Positions 52,930 through 63,110 of a stretch of 64,000 bases of DNA are shown here, piece after piece. The position numbers and the translations under genes were made by a program. Origin of the DNA: a virus; the IMG/VR virus record IMGVR_UViG_3300010885_054390, positions 16,255 through 80,254 of that record, one strand, 5' to 3'. Each line of letters begins with the position of its first letter. The stretch's first letter is position 1. Below the pieces are notes generated by a model, which was not told where the DNA came from, made no database searches, and saw nothing but the letters and a program-made list of their open reading frames with translations.

Positions 52930-55167
52930 CTAAAGACTGGCGTCTATGGCTCCCATGGCCCACGCATCAAGCTGGATTGTCGGGCGGATAATCCTGCCGC
53001 CGCGTTTCTCTTTCAATTGCTGGTTAAGAAGGTTTTGTGCCATAGCCATTCTTGAAGTGAGCTGCTCTTGATCGCCGCTAAGAACCCCGAAGGTAACCTC
53101 TCGAAGGGCGGAGAAATGATCGATAATCATAGCTTCTCGTGGGTTAACATACGACTTCGGCTTAAGTTTATAGATAAAGCGAATTAGGCTTCCGGAGGAT
53201 ATGTTGCGCAAATAAACTTTCATGCGACGGCCTTTTGCGGCAGTTGCCTTAATTCCTATAAGATAATTACTTACAATGTTGGGAGCGGCGGAGTCTTGGA
53301 TCCAGCTAGCTGAGTAAAGCAAAACAGGTTCAATCTTTGTGTCCGAAAGATTGCCAGCAATTGTAACAGAGTAGGAATTCCCAAACGCAAGGCTATCAAT
53401 TTCAAGAAAGGCCAAGGATTGGGTGGTTTCAAGAAACGTTGTGGAGCCTGTTTTTACAGTGATAGTATAGTCTTTGTACTCCGTGTTAAGGGGCCAACTT
53501 AACGAGGCTACGGTGCCGGAAACTCCTGAGACGATTTCGGCTGCAATCTTTCCGGTTAAACGACCTGTTTTGCTGTCTAGACTAAGAGAGGACGGGCCAG
53601 ATAGTTTAAACGATGAGGAGAAATTGGGTACCCCGCCGCCAAGGCTAAGGTCAATGTTTTGATTTGCCAGAATTTTAAATGATTGCCCATTGTAAGCATT
53701 GCTTAAGACATCCGTTATCGGAGAGATTAAAGGGTACGGTAAAATTGAAAAGCTTCGAGCATTCTGATCTGTGGTCAGCGTAATAGTTGAATTGGGGGAA
53801 GTGATCTCCTGAACTACAGTTGTGTAGCCGCGATCAATCGCCAAGCTTACGCCGGAAGCCCCTATTCCCGGGCGAGTCCATCCGGGGCCATTTTCGTGAA
53901 AATCGTAATCCCTATCATAAATACTGACTGGTTTGTCTGCAAATCCAGCAAGAAGAATTGCATCTACGTAATCTGGTAGCGGGTACTCGCCTTCTCCGCC
54001 CATAGTTTGAAGCTCTAGTAAATCAATGGTCCCATTCCAGCGACCTGAGTTAATGATAAGCTCTTCTGCTTGCGCTACAGCCCTACGAATATGTTGAATA
54101 GGTTTCTGAAGAAGCTCTGAATTGTCCAAAGCCATTCGAGCGGAAACTTGAGATAAAGATCCTGAGGGTGCCGAGAAAAGCTCACCGTTGTAGGTATTTT
54201 TTCTACGAGAGATAATCTGCTCGTTAAAATCGCGTTCAATAAGCTCAAAGGCGCTTTTCTTTAAAGCGGAAGATTCTTCAATTTTTTTAGTCTGAGAAGA
54301 AAGCACCAAAAGACGATTAACTTCGTAAGAGGGTACGGCCAAGGAGGCGCCATCTAAAAACAATTCGCGGAACTCTAGTCTAGAAGAAGCATCCGGGTCT
54401 TGTCGGGCCAAGAAATTAAAATGTGCTACGGCGGCTTCCTGCGAGGAATTAATTAGCGTTGCCAGCTCGCTGTCATTAATTCTAGACAGGTCGGGCATCT
54501 CGCGGACGAGTCTCCCTCGGATATAACCCAAAGTCCCGTAAGGACTGCTTTCGTTTGAAGATTGATGCTGAAGCTTTTGAGCAACGTTTAAACTGGCATC
54601 TGTTTTATCTCGAAGGTATTTTATGGCTAGATCATTAAAAGCTTTAGCTTGCTCAAGCTGGTTATTTTCTTCTCGGTAAAGTGCCAAAAGCATCATTTTT
54701 AATGCGTCTAAGTCGTCAATCAAAAGCAAGTCGGAATTTGCGGACGCCTCGACAAGAGCTGCTTTCCCGACAACTTCAACCATTGTTGTATTAAGACTTC
54801 TGTCTAAAAGTTTAAACGTAGAGGGGCTTCCCGACACATACGCAATAGGCAGCAAAGAAGATGGATCTGAGACAAAAACGTCGGCTCCGTTGCTTAAAAA
54901 ACGATAGGCCTGAACAGAGGTAAGAGCTGTTCCTGAAAAGCGACTAACTCTCGCAACTGTTTCTAAGAGTGCTGGCTTTTCAAAGGTATTTGTCAAAGCG
55001 TCTACTTTTACAGCAAACGATTGGAGCGTCCCAAGATAAATACCCTGCGAGTGAATTCTTCGCTGAGCTTCATTAATTCTATCGATAGACCGGGAATCAG
55101 TGGAGCTTATTCCTAGCTCGATAATCTTGGAAAGCTTTTCTCTGGCAGTTTGTAGGGTTAGGGCCAT
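52930..55167 (-). CDS. head-tail adaptor/tail tubular protein A-like with internal repeats
   Basis: INEAQRR..SQG.YLGT, LINSSQE and AQAEELIINSGRWNGT repeats; position in the tail module. Confidence 0.55.
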   Translation of the reverse strand: MALTLQTAREKLSKIIELGISSTDSRSIDRINEAQRRIHSQGIYLGTLQSFAVKVDALTNTFEKPALLETVARVSRFSGTALTSVQAYRFLSNGADVFVSDPSSLLPIAYVSGSPSTFKLLDRSLNTTMVEVVGKAALVEASANSDLLLIDDLDALKMMLLALYREENNQLEQAKAFNDLAIKYLRDKTDASLNVAQKLQHQSSNESSPYGTLGYIRGRLVREMPDLSRINDSELATLINSSQEAAVAHFNFLARQDPDASSRLEFRELFLDGASLAVPSYEVNRLLVLSSQTKKIEESSALKKSAFELIERDFNEQIISRRKNTYNGELFSAPSGSLSQVSARMALDNSELLQKPIQHIRRAVAQAEELIINSGRWNGTIDLLELQTMGGEGEYPLPDYVDAILLAGFADKPVSIYDRDYDFHENGPGWTRPGIGASGVSLAIDRGYTTVVQEITSPNSTITLTTDQNARSFSILPYPLISPITDVLSNAYNGQSFKILANQNIDLSLGGGVPNFSSSFKLSGPSSLSLDSKTGRLTGKIAAEIVSGVSGTVASLSWPLNTEYKDYTITVKTGSTTFLETTQSLAFLEIDSLAFGNSYSVTIAGNLSDTKIEPVLLYSASWIQDSAAPNIVSNYLIGIKATAAKGRRMKVYLRNISSGSLIRFIYKLKPKSYVNPREAMIIDHFSALREVTFGVLSGDQEQLTSRMAMAQNLLNQQLKEKRGGRIIRPTIQLDAWAMGAIDASL

Positions 55168-55170
55168 AGC

Positions 55171-55992
55171 TTAGTATCCCACGTACATTTTCCAGTTCAA
55201 TACGATATATGGAGGTAAATTATTATGGACAAATTGACGAGGAGATGAGGTGGCGGACTCGCTAAAAGAAGTTATGTTGCCGGTCCAGCCAACCATAGAA
55301 GTAGTATAGCGTGGAACGGTATTTTTTTCCTGTGCTGTATTGGATTGAGGGTGCTGTCTTTGCTCGTTATAACAAGATCTACTTTTACCGCTGCCTTGGC
55401 ATACTTGAACACTGTAGTAGGAAACGGCTTGCCCGCCGGCAGTTATGTCTGCGGGGCTGCAATAAAAATGATCGTGAGCTGGGAGATGCTCTTCTTTAAG
55501 TTGAACAAGATCGGCTCCGGCTAGCGAAGTAATACTGACAGAAGAAATAGACTCGTGCATAAAGCCATTTGCCTCGGAAGTAGCGCCAGAATCAGAGCTA
55601 TCTGCGCCAATAAACCCGCGACCCTGTAAGTTTGGTGTAGCTATGCCGTTGTAGGTACCGCCGTCGCACAAGGCCCAAGGACGGGCTCCTGTATTACCGC
55701 TATAAGCAACATTTGATTGCGATTTTACACCGGGCGATCCGTAAAAAGGAACGATTGTGCCGACTCGATATGGGTACACTTTTAAGTAATCCCCGTTTCG
55801 ATAGAGCCACAAACTTTCATCTACGCGATAAATAAAGAGGCTGTCAGGACTGGAAAATGGAAAAGAATACCCATAAATAATCTGATTTGGGGTTCCCTCT
55901 AAGACAAGTTCGTAGTGCTCCACAAAGTCGCGGATCATTGTTTCCGGGGTTTCCCAAACTGTTTTAGTGAGTTCTCGTCGTACAATAGGCAT
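55171..55992 (-). CDS. tail fibre protein with collar domain
   Basis: GTIVPF...WALCDG...TPNLQGR..IG...HNNLPPY; ATG 55992 directly follows the upstream stop. Confidence 0.8.
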   Translation of the reverse strand: MPIVRRELTKTVWETPETMIRDFVEHYELVLEGTPNQIIYGYSFPFSSPDSLFIYRVDESLWLYRNGDYLKVYPYRVGTIVPFYGSPGVKSQSNVAYSGNTGARPWALCDGGTYNGIATPNLQGRGFIGADSSDSGATSEANGFMHESISSVSITSLAGADLVQLKEEHLPAHDHFYCSPADITAGGQAVSYYSVQVCQGSGKSRSCYNEQRQHPQSNTAQEKNTVPRYTTSMVGWTGNITSFSESATSSPRQFVHNNLPPYIVLNWKMYVGY

Positions 55993-55994
55993 AA

Positions 55995-56951
55995 TTAATC
56001 TCCGTACCCCACAAACATTTTGAAGCCGACGACAAAATAAGGGGGTAAGTTTTGGTGGGGGAGAACATTGTTTGGGGAAGGCCAAGCCAAACTGCTGCTT
56101 TTCGCGCCTTCCGTAAAAGTGGCATACGACTCGTAGGCAACCGGGTCGGTTAGGGCGTACCCAGTTGCATTGGAATTGGACGATGTCGGGACTGATGTAT
56201 TGCTGGCTTTATCGACAAAATTATGGCGATGGTTTGGAATCGCATCCATTTGATTCAAAGTTGCGCTCATTGAGCCTCCAAAAGAGCCAAGGCCGCCTTT
56301 CAGGGTTTCGGCTAGTCGTTCGTCGGCTACTGTTCCTTGTGCGCTGGCGGAACCTTTCCCAATAATCATTCGACAAATTAAATTCGGAACTTTGCCTATC
56401 CGCGAGCTTTGTTGCGTAAGTGTGGGGTGCGCGGAATAATTGTATCCGTCGCAGTAAACCCAAGGGCGGGTGACTACATTGTAAGTTGTGGCGCCGTCAC
56501 CGGTTGTAGTGTACGCAATTTTTCTCTCCCAATTATTGTAAGCGCACGCAACATCGTCGGGAAAATAATAATCGCTAGAAGAGACAGTAGGAACAGTTGA
56601 AGTTCCTCCGGAAGTTTTCCATAAAAAGGGAACAATATCCCCAAAGGATCTTCCGTGAAATTTGCGGTAACCCTTATTTGGCATAACATCGCGAAGTGAG
56701 GAAGTGAAGTTTGAGTCGGCGTAGAGAGCGCCACCTTTTCTCGGGTCGTACCAAAGGGCATCTCCATAATAGACGTCTCCTATCTTAGGAGGACCGTAGC
56801 CCGTGCTTGGTTGCCGAAGTTCGCCGTTATAAAACAAAGGAGTAGTAGTGGCGTCTTGGAAGGACATTGCTCCCGCCAAAGAATCTAAAAAAGATTGCGG
56901 GTCGGAATAGCAAGACGGGAATTTGGCTCCTTCAGGTACAAAAAATTGCAT
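55995..56951 (-). CDS. tail fibre protein with collar domain
   Basis: GDIVPF...WVYCDG...VPNL..R.IIG...HQNLPPY. Confidence 0.8.
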   Translation of the reverse strand: MQFFVPEGAKFPSCYSDPQSFLDSLAGAMSFQDATTTPLFYNGELRQPSTGYGPPKIGDVYYGDALWYDPRKGGALYADSNFTSSLRDVMPNKGYRKFHGRSFGDIVPFLWKTSGGTSTVPTVSSSDYYFPDDVACAYNNWERKIAYTTTGDGATTYNVVTRPWVYCDGYNYSAHPTLTQQSSRIGKVPNLICRMIIGKGSASAQGTVADERLAETLKGGLGSFGGSMSATLNQMDAIPNHRHNFVDKASNTSVPTSSNSNATGYALTDPVAYESYATFTEGAKSSSLAWPSPNNVLPHQNLPPYFVVGFKMFVGYGD

Positions 56952-56955
56952 AAAA

Positions 56956-57960
56956 TTAAGTCCCGTACCCTATGTACATTCGATAGGTTCCCGAACCTAT
57001 TGGTGGTAAGTTATCGTGCGCTCTGCCAAGAGTCTTTGCGGTAGAGGTTCCAGTGGCAAAAGTATTTGTAGTTGCGGTGGTAGCTTTAACATTAGTAGAT
57101 AGCGCGGCGTTTCCTGTTGAACCATAAACGCAACTTGCTCGGGTAGACCAAGTTTCCCAACCGTATTTGTGGTTATGATCTGGAACTTGATCGCGCTTTA
57201 AAAAAACTTTTCTAGCGCCTGCAACTGCCGAAAGAAGTGTTGAAGAAATAGTATTTTGACCGTGAACCATAAAGTTTGAGACGCTAGATTGAGGGTCTAA
57301 GAGAGGTACGGAAAGGGTTTCGGTTACGGCTGTATTTTTATAAGATGTAGAGGAACTACCGCTTTCGTAGTATTGACGAAGAGGCTTGAGAGCTGCAACC
57401 GAAACCTGCTTTTGAGCAGTTGATAAATCATCTGTTGAGGCCGAAGGCGCTGCGTCTTTTAAAGTCTGCATAATCTGAGTGGTTGCTGCGGAAGATACGC
57501 TTGGATTATTTGCGTAACCACCAAACAAGATCTTGCCAGTAAGATTGGGAGTGGTAATCCCGCCATAGGTTCCTCCGTCGCAAATCGCAAAAGGGCGATT
57601 GTTTGGGTACCCAGAGCGAGCGGTCTCGGTTTCATCGGAAGCTGTAAACGTAGAGAAGGAAAGATCAATATCCCCAATTGAGTACGAATAGTATTTACAC
57701 CAGCTAAAAATTGAAGCTGAAGAATATTTTTTAATATAAAAATAAATTTCTAGGCTGTTTGAAGAGGAATTGGCGGGTGTCTTTACCCAAATTGAATTTA
57801 CTGTAGCCGAGGAAGTGTCTGTTGGTTCCGCTTGACTGTAAAAAATAGTAGAGCTAGAGGTTGCAAGAACACTTAAAAATGCCAAAAACTGATCGTGAGA
57901 TTGATTAGGGGTGCTAAAACAAAAACCTTGGGGGAGCCTTAAGCTAGCTACGGATCCCAT
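56956..57960 (-). CDS. tail fibre protein with collar domain
   Basis: FAICDG...TPNLTGK...HDNLPP. Confidence 0.8.
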   Translation of the reverse strand: MGSVASLRLPQGFCFSTPNQSHDQFLAFLSVLATSSSTIFYSQAEPTDTSSATVNSIWVKTPANSSSNSLEIYFYIKKYSSASIFSWCKYYSYSIGDIDLSFSTFTASDETETARSGYPNNRPFAICDGGTYGGITTPNLTGKILFGGYANNPSVSSAATTQIMQTLKDAAPSASTDDLSTAQKQVSVAALKPLRQYYESGSSSTSYKNTAVTETLSVPLLDPQSSVSNFMVHGQNTISSTLLSAVAGARKVFLKRDQVPDHNHKYGWETWSTRASCVYGSTGNAALSTNVKATTATTNTFATGTSTAKTLGRAHDNLPPIGSGTYRMYIGYGT

Positions 57961-57968
57961 AAATATTG

Positions 57969-59387
57969 TTAAACTTTAGCAACTGTTTTAGTGAATAGCC
58001 CAGAGCTGCCGAAGGAAATTATTTTTGTAAGACCTGTATTTGCGTTATTGGGCAGATTTGCGCTAGAGGCAGACGGAATCCACAGGGCATCGGCAATTCC
58101 GGAGTATTGGAGGGTGACGGCAAGTTGATTTTTATACCAATTTTCAGTTCCGGCGTTAGCCCCGTCTAGGCCCGTAGCGAAGCTTGCGTTTATTGTTCGT
58201 AGCTGAGCAACCGTAGGGGTGTTTAAACGAACATATTTAACCCCGTTAGCAGTTGTTGTCGTCCAGCCCGTTCCGGAGGAAGTCATTACTTTGGTTACGG
58301 GATCTAAGGCGAACTCGTAGGTTGTTTGGATGGACTGAACTGAGCCCGCGTATCCGCCCCAAGAAAACTGGGTGGGCGAAACAAAAGCGGCTAAAGGAGT
58401 ATAAACGGCGTCAATCCGAAGTTTTGTCCAAATTCGGCTATCGGGACTTTCAGCGGGAGCTTGCAAAAGTGGACTTCTGAAAGTTCCGATTGTTCCGGAG
58501 TCAAGACCGTCGGCTAAGTCTAGACGATAATAATTATTAAGGGCGGGTGAAATTCCAGCCGAAGTCCAAGGGGAAGAATTGGAATCTCCGGGCGCAACTG
58601 GAATAAAATTAAAAACTCCGATATAAGGAGATCTGTGAGTAGTAAAAGTGTTGTCGGAGGCCCCAGCGTAACCGCTGGAAGAGCCGAGACCAAATTGACG
58701 AAGAGCGTAGGATAGAAGATTAACTCGGTCTAGGAGCTCAAATACAATTTTTTCGTGAGATCGAAAATTATTAAAAAGAAGCTTAAGAAAGTTGGTATAG
58801 TCGCTAAAATTGGAAGGCTGTAGGCTCTCAACCTGTGCTTGAAGCGTATAGGTAGAAGCGTCTATTTCTGGTGGGGAGACTGGTGAGCCTAAGCCAATCG
58901 CGGAGGTAGTTGCTATATAGTTAGTCCGTTGATTGTAGAGTCCGGCATCGTTTAAAAGCAAGCCATCGGTTAAATGCCCGCTTTTGTTTGCTTTGAAAGG
59001 TGGAATAATTGAAAAGTCGCCAGCAGAAAGTGGGAATCTTGTTTTGTGAGTGATGTACGGAGTGCCCTGATTAATTACTGTGCCGCCACCTTCAAAGTCC
59101 TGAGAATCAAGCTGAATTCCTTCAATGCGAACGGGCGTTCCGCCGCCTTCTGTTACAGCCGTAACTCGTCCGTAGACGTCAACTTTAATGCTGCTTGGGT
59201 TATTAAAAGTTAGTTCATCGGAGTTTCCGGCAACTGCTTGTTGAAGGACTTTTGGGATTAAAGTCTCCCGCATCTGCTGGAATTTTAATTTTTTAGTTTG
59301 GCCGCTTGAAACAACCGGCAAATATGCGTTGTCGAGCCCAATAAGCTCGCTAGTGGCTACTGAAGTTAGGGCTGTAATTGTTGGCAT
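57969..59387 (-). CDS. tail-associated structural protein
   Basis: ITALTS...PVV..G.TKK N-terminus; IKVDVYGRVTA fibre-like motif. Confidence 0.6.
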   Translation of the reverse strand: MPTITALTSVATSELIGLDNAYLPVVSSGQTKKLKFQQMRETLIPKVLQQAVAGNSDELTFNNPSSIKVDVYGRVTAVTEGGGTPVRIEGIQLDSQDFEGGGTVINQGTPYITHKTRFPLSAGDFSIIPPFKANKSGHLTDGLLLNDAGLYNQRTNYIATTSAIGLGSPVSPPEIDASTYTLQAQVESLQPSNFSDYTNFLKLLFNNFRSHEKIVFELLDRVNLLSYALRQFGLGSSSGYAGASDNTFTTHRSPYIGVFNFIPVAPGDSNSSPWTSAGISPALNNYYRLDLADGLDSGTIGTFRSPLLQAPAESPDSRIWTKLRIDAVYTPLAAFVSPTQFSWGGYAGSVQSIQTTYEFALDPVTKVMTSSGTGWTTTTANGVKYVRLNTPTVAQLRTINASFATGLDGANAGTENWYKNQLAVTLQYSGIADALWIPSASSANLPNNANTGLTKIISFGSSGLFTKTVAKV

Positions 59388-59395
59388 AGTGTTAG

Positions 59396-59578
59396 TTACT
59401 TAAGTTTGATAGGCTCGCCCGAGTATGGATCGGTCTGGATTTCAGTCAATAGAAAGTCGTTGATTTGAGCTCCCGCAATCTCTGTCAAAAGAAAGTTCAA
59501 AACTGTACCCACTTCGTAGCCCGTAAGGTTTGGGGGGCATGGGTCGCAAGTAAGATAGGTGGGAGTTTCAATGTTCAT
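59396..59578 (-). CDS. small virion-module protein
   Basis: Repeated FLLTEI; tightly packed. Confidence 0.5.
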   Translation of the reverse strand: MNIETPTYLTCDPCPPNLTGYEVGTVLNFLLTEIAGAQINDFLLTEIQTDPYSGEPIKLK

Positions 59579-59584
59579 ACTCTA

Positions 59585-61771
59585 TTAAAACTCCCCATTA
59601 ATCGGTTCTACCACGTCATCAGCGTGTATCAACACTTTGTCCAAAGAGGCGCAGCCAACCCATTCAATCCGCAATTGGAACTCGTAACCCATTCTAAATA
59701 AACGATTTGTAGATGGATCAACGGTATCGGGGGGAGTGGTTAAACGAATTTGTGGCCGGAACTGAGGGAGAGAGGTTGGGATCTTAGAAAGAAATTCTTC
59801 GGGAGTAGCGGGGCAATAGTTCATTTGTGCGTTCTTTTGAAAGTTTGTCCACTCAATCCAACAAGGAAATTTATCGGGTCGGAAGTATACCTTGAAGTCA
59901 ACTTGACCCTGAAGATTGCTAACCCAAAGATCGGCTCGGCTGAGCTTCTTTAAAGTATATGGTTTTTCAAATTCAAAGCTTCGAGTCTCTACAACTGCGC
60001 GAATTGGGGTAGTTACGCCAGAAGAGGAATCGTAAAAACGATCCGGGCGCAGCTCGTAAAGACTAAGCGTTCCAAAGTTGTCAACAAACCCAAAGGCCCT
60101 TTCTTTTTGGGAAAAAACACCTCGAATTAACTGGTAAAAATTAAGACCTGTCCAAGCTCCGTCATAGGCTGGCGAAACAACATTTGCTCGGTTATTTCTC
60201 TGCACAGGACCAAAATCTAAGGATAAAATAGAGGAGTAAACTGTTTGGGAGCCGATGTAATTCGGCTTTCCCCAAGCCGCTAAAAGATACCTAGAATCAA
60301 AGTATATCCCACTGGCTTCGGTGGCTTGTTTTGTGGAGTCAGCATTTAAAAATGTTCGGAGCTCGGCAGAAATACTATTTTGCCCGGGAGTGCCTTGAGT
60401 TGCGGAGGCATTTCGGTAGGAGCGAACACCATCATGGGAGCGAAAGAAAATATCCCCGTTCACATTTGTCACGGTTCTATCTCCGAGACAGCCAATGTCG
60501 GCAAGGGTAACTCTTTGAAAGGAATTAAGTTTCTTCCAAGAGGAGCGGGGTTGAGAGACAGCGAAAGAACAAACGCCGTTATCGCAGAAGGCTAAAAGAT
60601 CGCCTTGCCCGGCTGTAGTGTCAGCAATTGTGGGGAAGGCTAGGTTTTGAATTTTCCCCATTTGAGTTGGAGATGCTAAAACTCCACCTGTAGCAAGATA
60701 GTCGTCTTCTTGAAAGTTTAAGACGTCTGATTCTTGGCCGGAGAGAATAAAGGTAACATATCCGCCAGAACCTTTTAGATTTGTGGGAACAGTCGAAGTA
60801 TTTGTCGTCACGCCAGTCGCAGTAGATGTATATAGGCTCGGATTAGATTGCCGGACCAAGGATTCATAGCTTATTTTTCTAAGAGTAAATTTTCTAATTG
60901 TGCTGCTGGCTGTGGTGTCTCCAAAGGGGGAATCACTAGCCTCCATAGCATTCAATTTAATAATCTCGTCGTAGCTGTTATTTACTCCGATGTCTGTGCC
61001 GAGGCCAATAAAAGAGTGACCCTCTACAAGAATTGGCGCTCCGGTAGAGCTAGAGGTGCCAATTTGGGCTGGAATAGAAGAGAATCCGGAGGTTTCAACG
61101 TAAATATTTAAAGAATGGTCGGAGGCGACGTTAGGGTGAGCGGGGCCAATTCCGCTAGCAACAATTGGAAACTTTACAGCTCTGCCGCCATAAATAAGAT
61201 CGCCAGCTTTGATTTCAGAGTCATTTACAAGAACAAAAAGTCTTCCTTGCCCGTAGGCCATAACAGTTCCCTTGGGGACATCTGTGGAAGACTCTCCGGC
61301 TTCTGTGATTGAGCTACTGTTGTAAATTAACGGTTTGCTAAGTCCGTCTTGAATAATTAAATATCTTCCAGCCTGACAAAAATAATTCCTAGCGGTTGTG
61401 CTGCGAGTGGTAGCAGCGGATGGACCATTGGGGTATTTCTGAGAAACTACATTAGTGTCTAAGTCAATTTCGTAGATCTTTCCCTTAACCACGCATACAA
61501 GAACCGTCTTTCCGGTAGTCTTTAAATAAGCTGTGCCGCCTTGAAATCCATAATTTAAAAATTGTGCAATATCTGTGTTGGTAACCGAGTCGGCAGTAAG
61601 CGTTAGTTCAGACCAACCGCTCCGAGTCGAAATAGAGGAATTGCGACAAACTATGTTTAAACCTGTTGCAAAAGAATTAATCGGAATAAGGTTTGGGAAA
61701 CGGCTGCTATCCATACCGCCTTCAAAGGAAGCATTTCCGTCATAGAATCTATTTTGAATGGCAAGGCTCAT
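59585..61771 (-). CDS. tail tubular protein B/nozzle-like beta-propeller protein
   Basis: F.GGMDS...P, QAGRYLIIQDG, MAYGQGRL, NGDIFFRS.DG.RS; size and position fit a podovirus nozzle. Confidence 0.65.
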   Translation of the reverse strand: MSLAIQNRFYDGNASFEGGMDSSRFPNLIPINSFATGLNIVCRNSSISTRSGWSELTLTADSVTNTDIAQFLNYGFQGGTAYLKTTGKTVLVCVVKGKIYEIDLDTNVVSQKYPNGPSAATTRSTTARNYFCQAGRYLIIQDGLSKPLIYNSSSITEAGESSTDVPKGTVMAYGQGRLFVLVNDSEIKAGDLIYGGRAVKFPIVASGIGPAHPNVASDHSLNIYVETSGFSSIPAQIGTSSSTGAPILVEGHSFIGLGTDIGVNNSYDEIIKLNAMEASDSPFGDTTASSTIRKFTLRKISYESLVRQSNPSLYTSTATGVTTNTSTVPTNLKGSGGYVTFILSGQESDVLNFQEDDYLATGGVLASPTQMGKIQNLAFPTIADTTAGQGDLLAFCDNGVCSFAVSQPRSSWKKLNSFQRVTLADIGCLGDRTVTNVNGDIFFRSHDGVRSYRNASATQGTPGQNSISAELRTFLNADSTKQATEASGIYFDSRYLLAAWGKPNYIGSQTVYSSILSLDFGPVQRNNRANVVSPAYDGAWTGLNFYQLIRGVFSQKERAFGFVDNFGTLSLYELRPDRFYDSSSGVTTPIRAVVETRSFEFEKPYTLKKLSRADLWVSNLQGQVDFKVYFRPDKFPCWIEWTNFQKNAQMNYCPATPEEFLSKIPTSLPQFRPQIRLTTPPDTVDPSTNRLFRMGYEFQLRIEWVGCASLDKVLIHADDVVEPINGEF

Positions 61772-62172
61772 TTTGCTAAGATAAGGTTCCAGTTGTTAAA
61801 GTAGAAGTTTTTCTCAAACCTAAATTTTGCGCGAGCTTTTGAAACTGGCAAGACCCAGCAATCTTGGTAGTGCGTCATGTCGGCTACTATAATGAAATCA
61901 CATATATTGGGTAGGTAATTTTTATCGCATTTATTGGAGCCTTTCATCTTTGAGCCATTGCCAGCTCCGGAGCGAACTAAGTTAATAGAGTAGTTGCCAT
62001 TTGTAAGGCGCCAGCGGCTCTTAACTTGTACCTTTTGAGGGGGCGCATTCTCTGGGAGGACAACTAGATCGTAGCCACAATCGACTAATGGAAAGGCTAT
62101 ATTTGCACCCCTCCGCAGGAATTCATGGGCAACAAAGCCTACGGCAGCACCTCCGTAGTAATTGGTGGCCAT
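61768..62172 (-). CDS. PD-(D/E)XK endonuclease (homing-endonuclease-like)
   Basis: F...G.NI.FP....YDLVV....KVQVKS. Confidence 0.7.
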   Translation of the reverse strand: MATNYYGGAAVGFVAHEFLRRGANIAFPLVDCGYDLVVLPENAPPQKVQVKSRWRLTNGNYSINLVRSGAGNGSKMKGSNKCDKNYLPNICDFIIVADMTHYQDCWVLPVSKARAKFRFEKNFYFNNWNLILAK

Positions 62173-62248
62173 GGGGTTACTCTCTCCCTCGGGGGTAAGA
62201 TTGGAGCAGCCGTGGGCGATTACGCGATTGCGGAGGGAGGGCTTGAGT

Positions 62249-62743
62249 CTAGGCATTTGGCCACCTCACGAATCTTTGCCCATCGAGGGGGCGGATGCGT
62301 TTAAACACTCCAATGCCCTCCCGGCTGCCACCGTTGTTGGTGTTGCCTTCAATTGTGGAGATACTGCGAGGAGAGGGTCTTCCTGTGACAATGTAGATGT
62401 GGGCGTAACGGTTCATAGAGCCAAACCACACAAGCCCAAAGTCATTCCGAGCTGGGCTAGTAACTCGAAGGTTTGCCTTGTCCCAGCTAGGAACGTACGC
62501 ACCAGCTCCTTTTTGGCCCTTTTGAGCTAAGCACCACTGGACGAAGGCAGCACACCAAGGAGCGGGGTAATCTATTCCAGTAGTGGCAAGGTACTCTTTT
62601 ACCTTCGGACCCCAATTGCTGCCAATAGGGGACTCCATTACGCCGAGCTGGCTTTCCCCGATTGCCGCAACTTCAGATGAAAATGCGTAAAAAGGGGCCG
62701 CAAGCAAACACCCCAAGAATATGTTTAAACAAAAAGTTTTCAT
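62249..62743 (-). CDS. CHAP-domain endolysin with N-terminal signal sequence
   Basis: QLGV.E..GSN.GP.V..YL, PWCAAFV, AHIYIV, TIEGNT. Confidence 0.85.
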   Translation of the reverse strand: MKTFCLNIFLGCLLAAPFYAFSSEVAAIGESQLGVMESPIGSNWGPKVKEYLATTGIDYPAPWCAAFVQWCLAQKGQKGAGAYVPSWDKANLRVTSPARNDFGLVWFGSMNRYAHIYIVTGRPSPRSISTIEGNTNNGGSREGIGVFKRIRPLDGQRFVRWPNA

Positions 62744-62747
62744 AGGC

Positions 62748-63110
62748 TTAAAGGCAGAAGGCTATGATTATTCCGATAAAAATGCTTACGTAGTAGGCCA
62801 AAGCAATCGCGGGACGTTTTACATTTCCCTCAACCCAATCTACTTCAAATTGAGTCTTCCCGTGTCGATTAACGTCCTCAACGTACTTGGCTAAGGAAGG
62901 CGCGATCCAATGGTCGCTGTGAGCGCTAATCAAAGCGGCGCAAACAATGTAGAACAGCTTAACAATTGCGCGGCCAAGAAACTCGGGGGAAATACCTGTG
63001 TTAAAAAGCCCAAGAACTTTGTTAATCAAAACAAAGCCAACAAGAGAAAATATACCTGTAAAAAGTAAGTCTTTATTGCGTTTAAACCATCTGTAGTAGC
63101 GATAGGGCAT
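62748..63110 (-). CDS. holin-like membrane protein
   Basis: Three hydrophobic segments; adjacent to the endolysin. Confidence 0.55.
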   Translation of the reverse strand: MPYRYYRWFKRNKDLLFTGIFSLVGFVLINKVLGLFNTGISPEFLGRAIVKLFYIVCAALISAHSDHWIAPSLAKYVEDVNRHGKTQFEVDWVEGNVKRPAIALAYYVSIFIGIIIAFCL

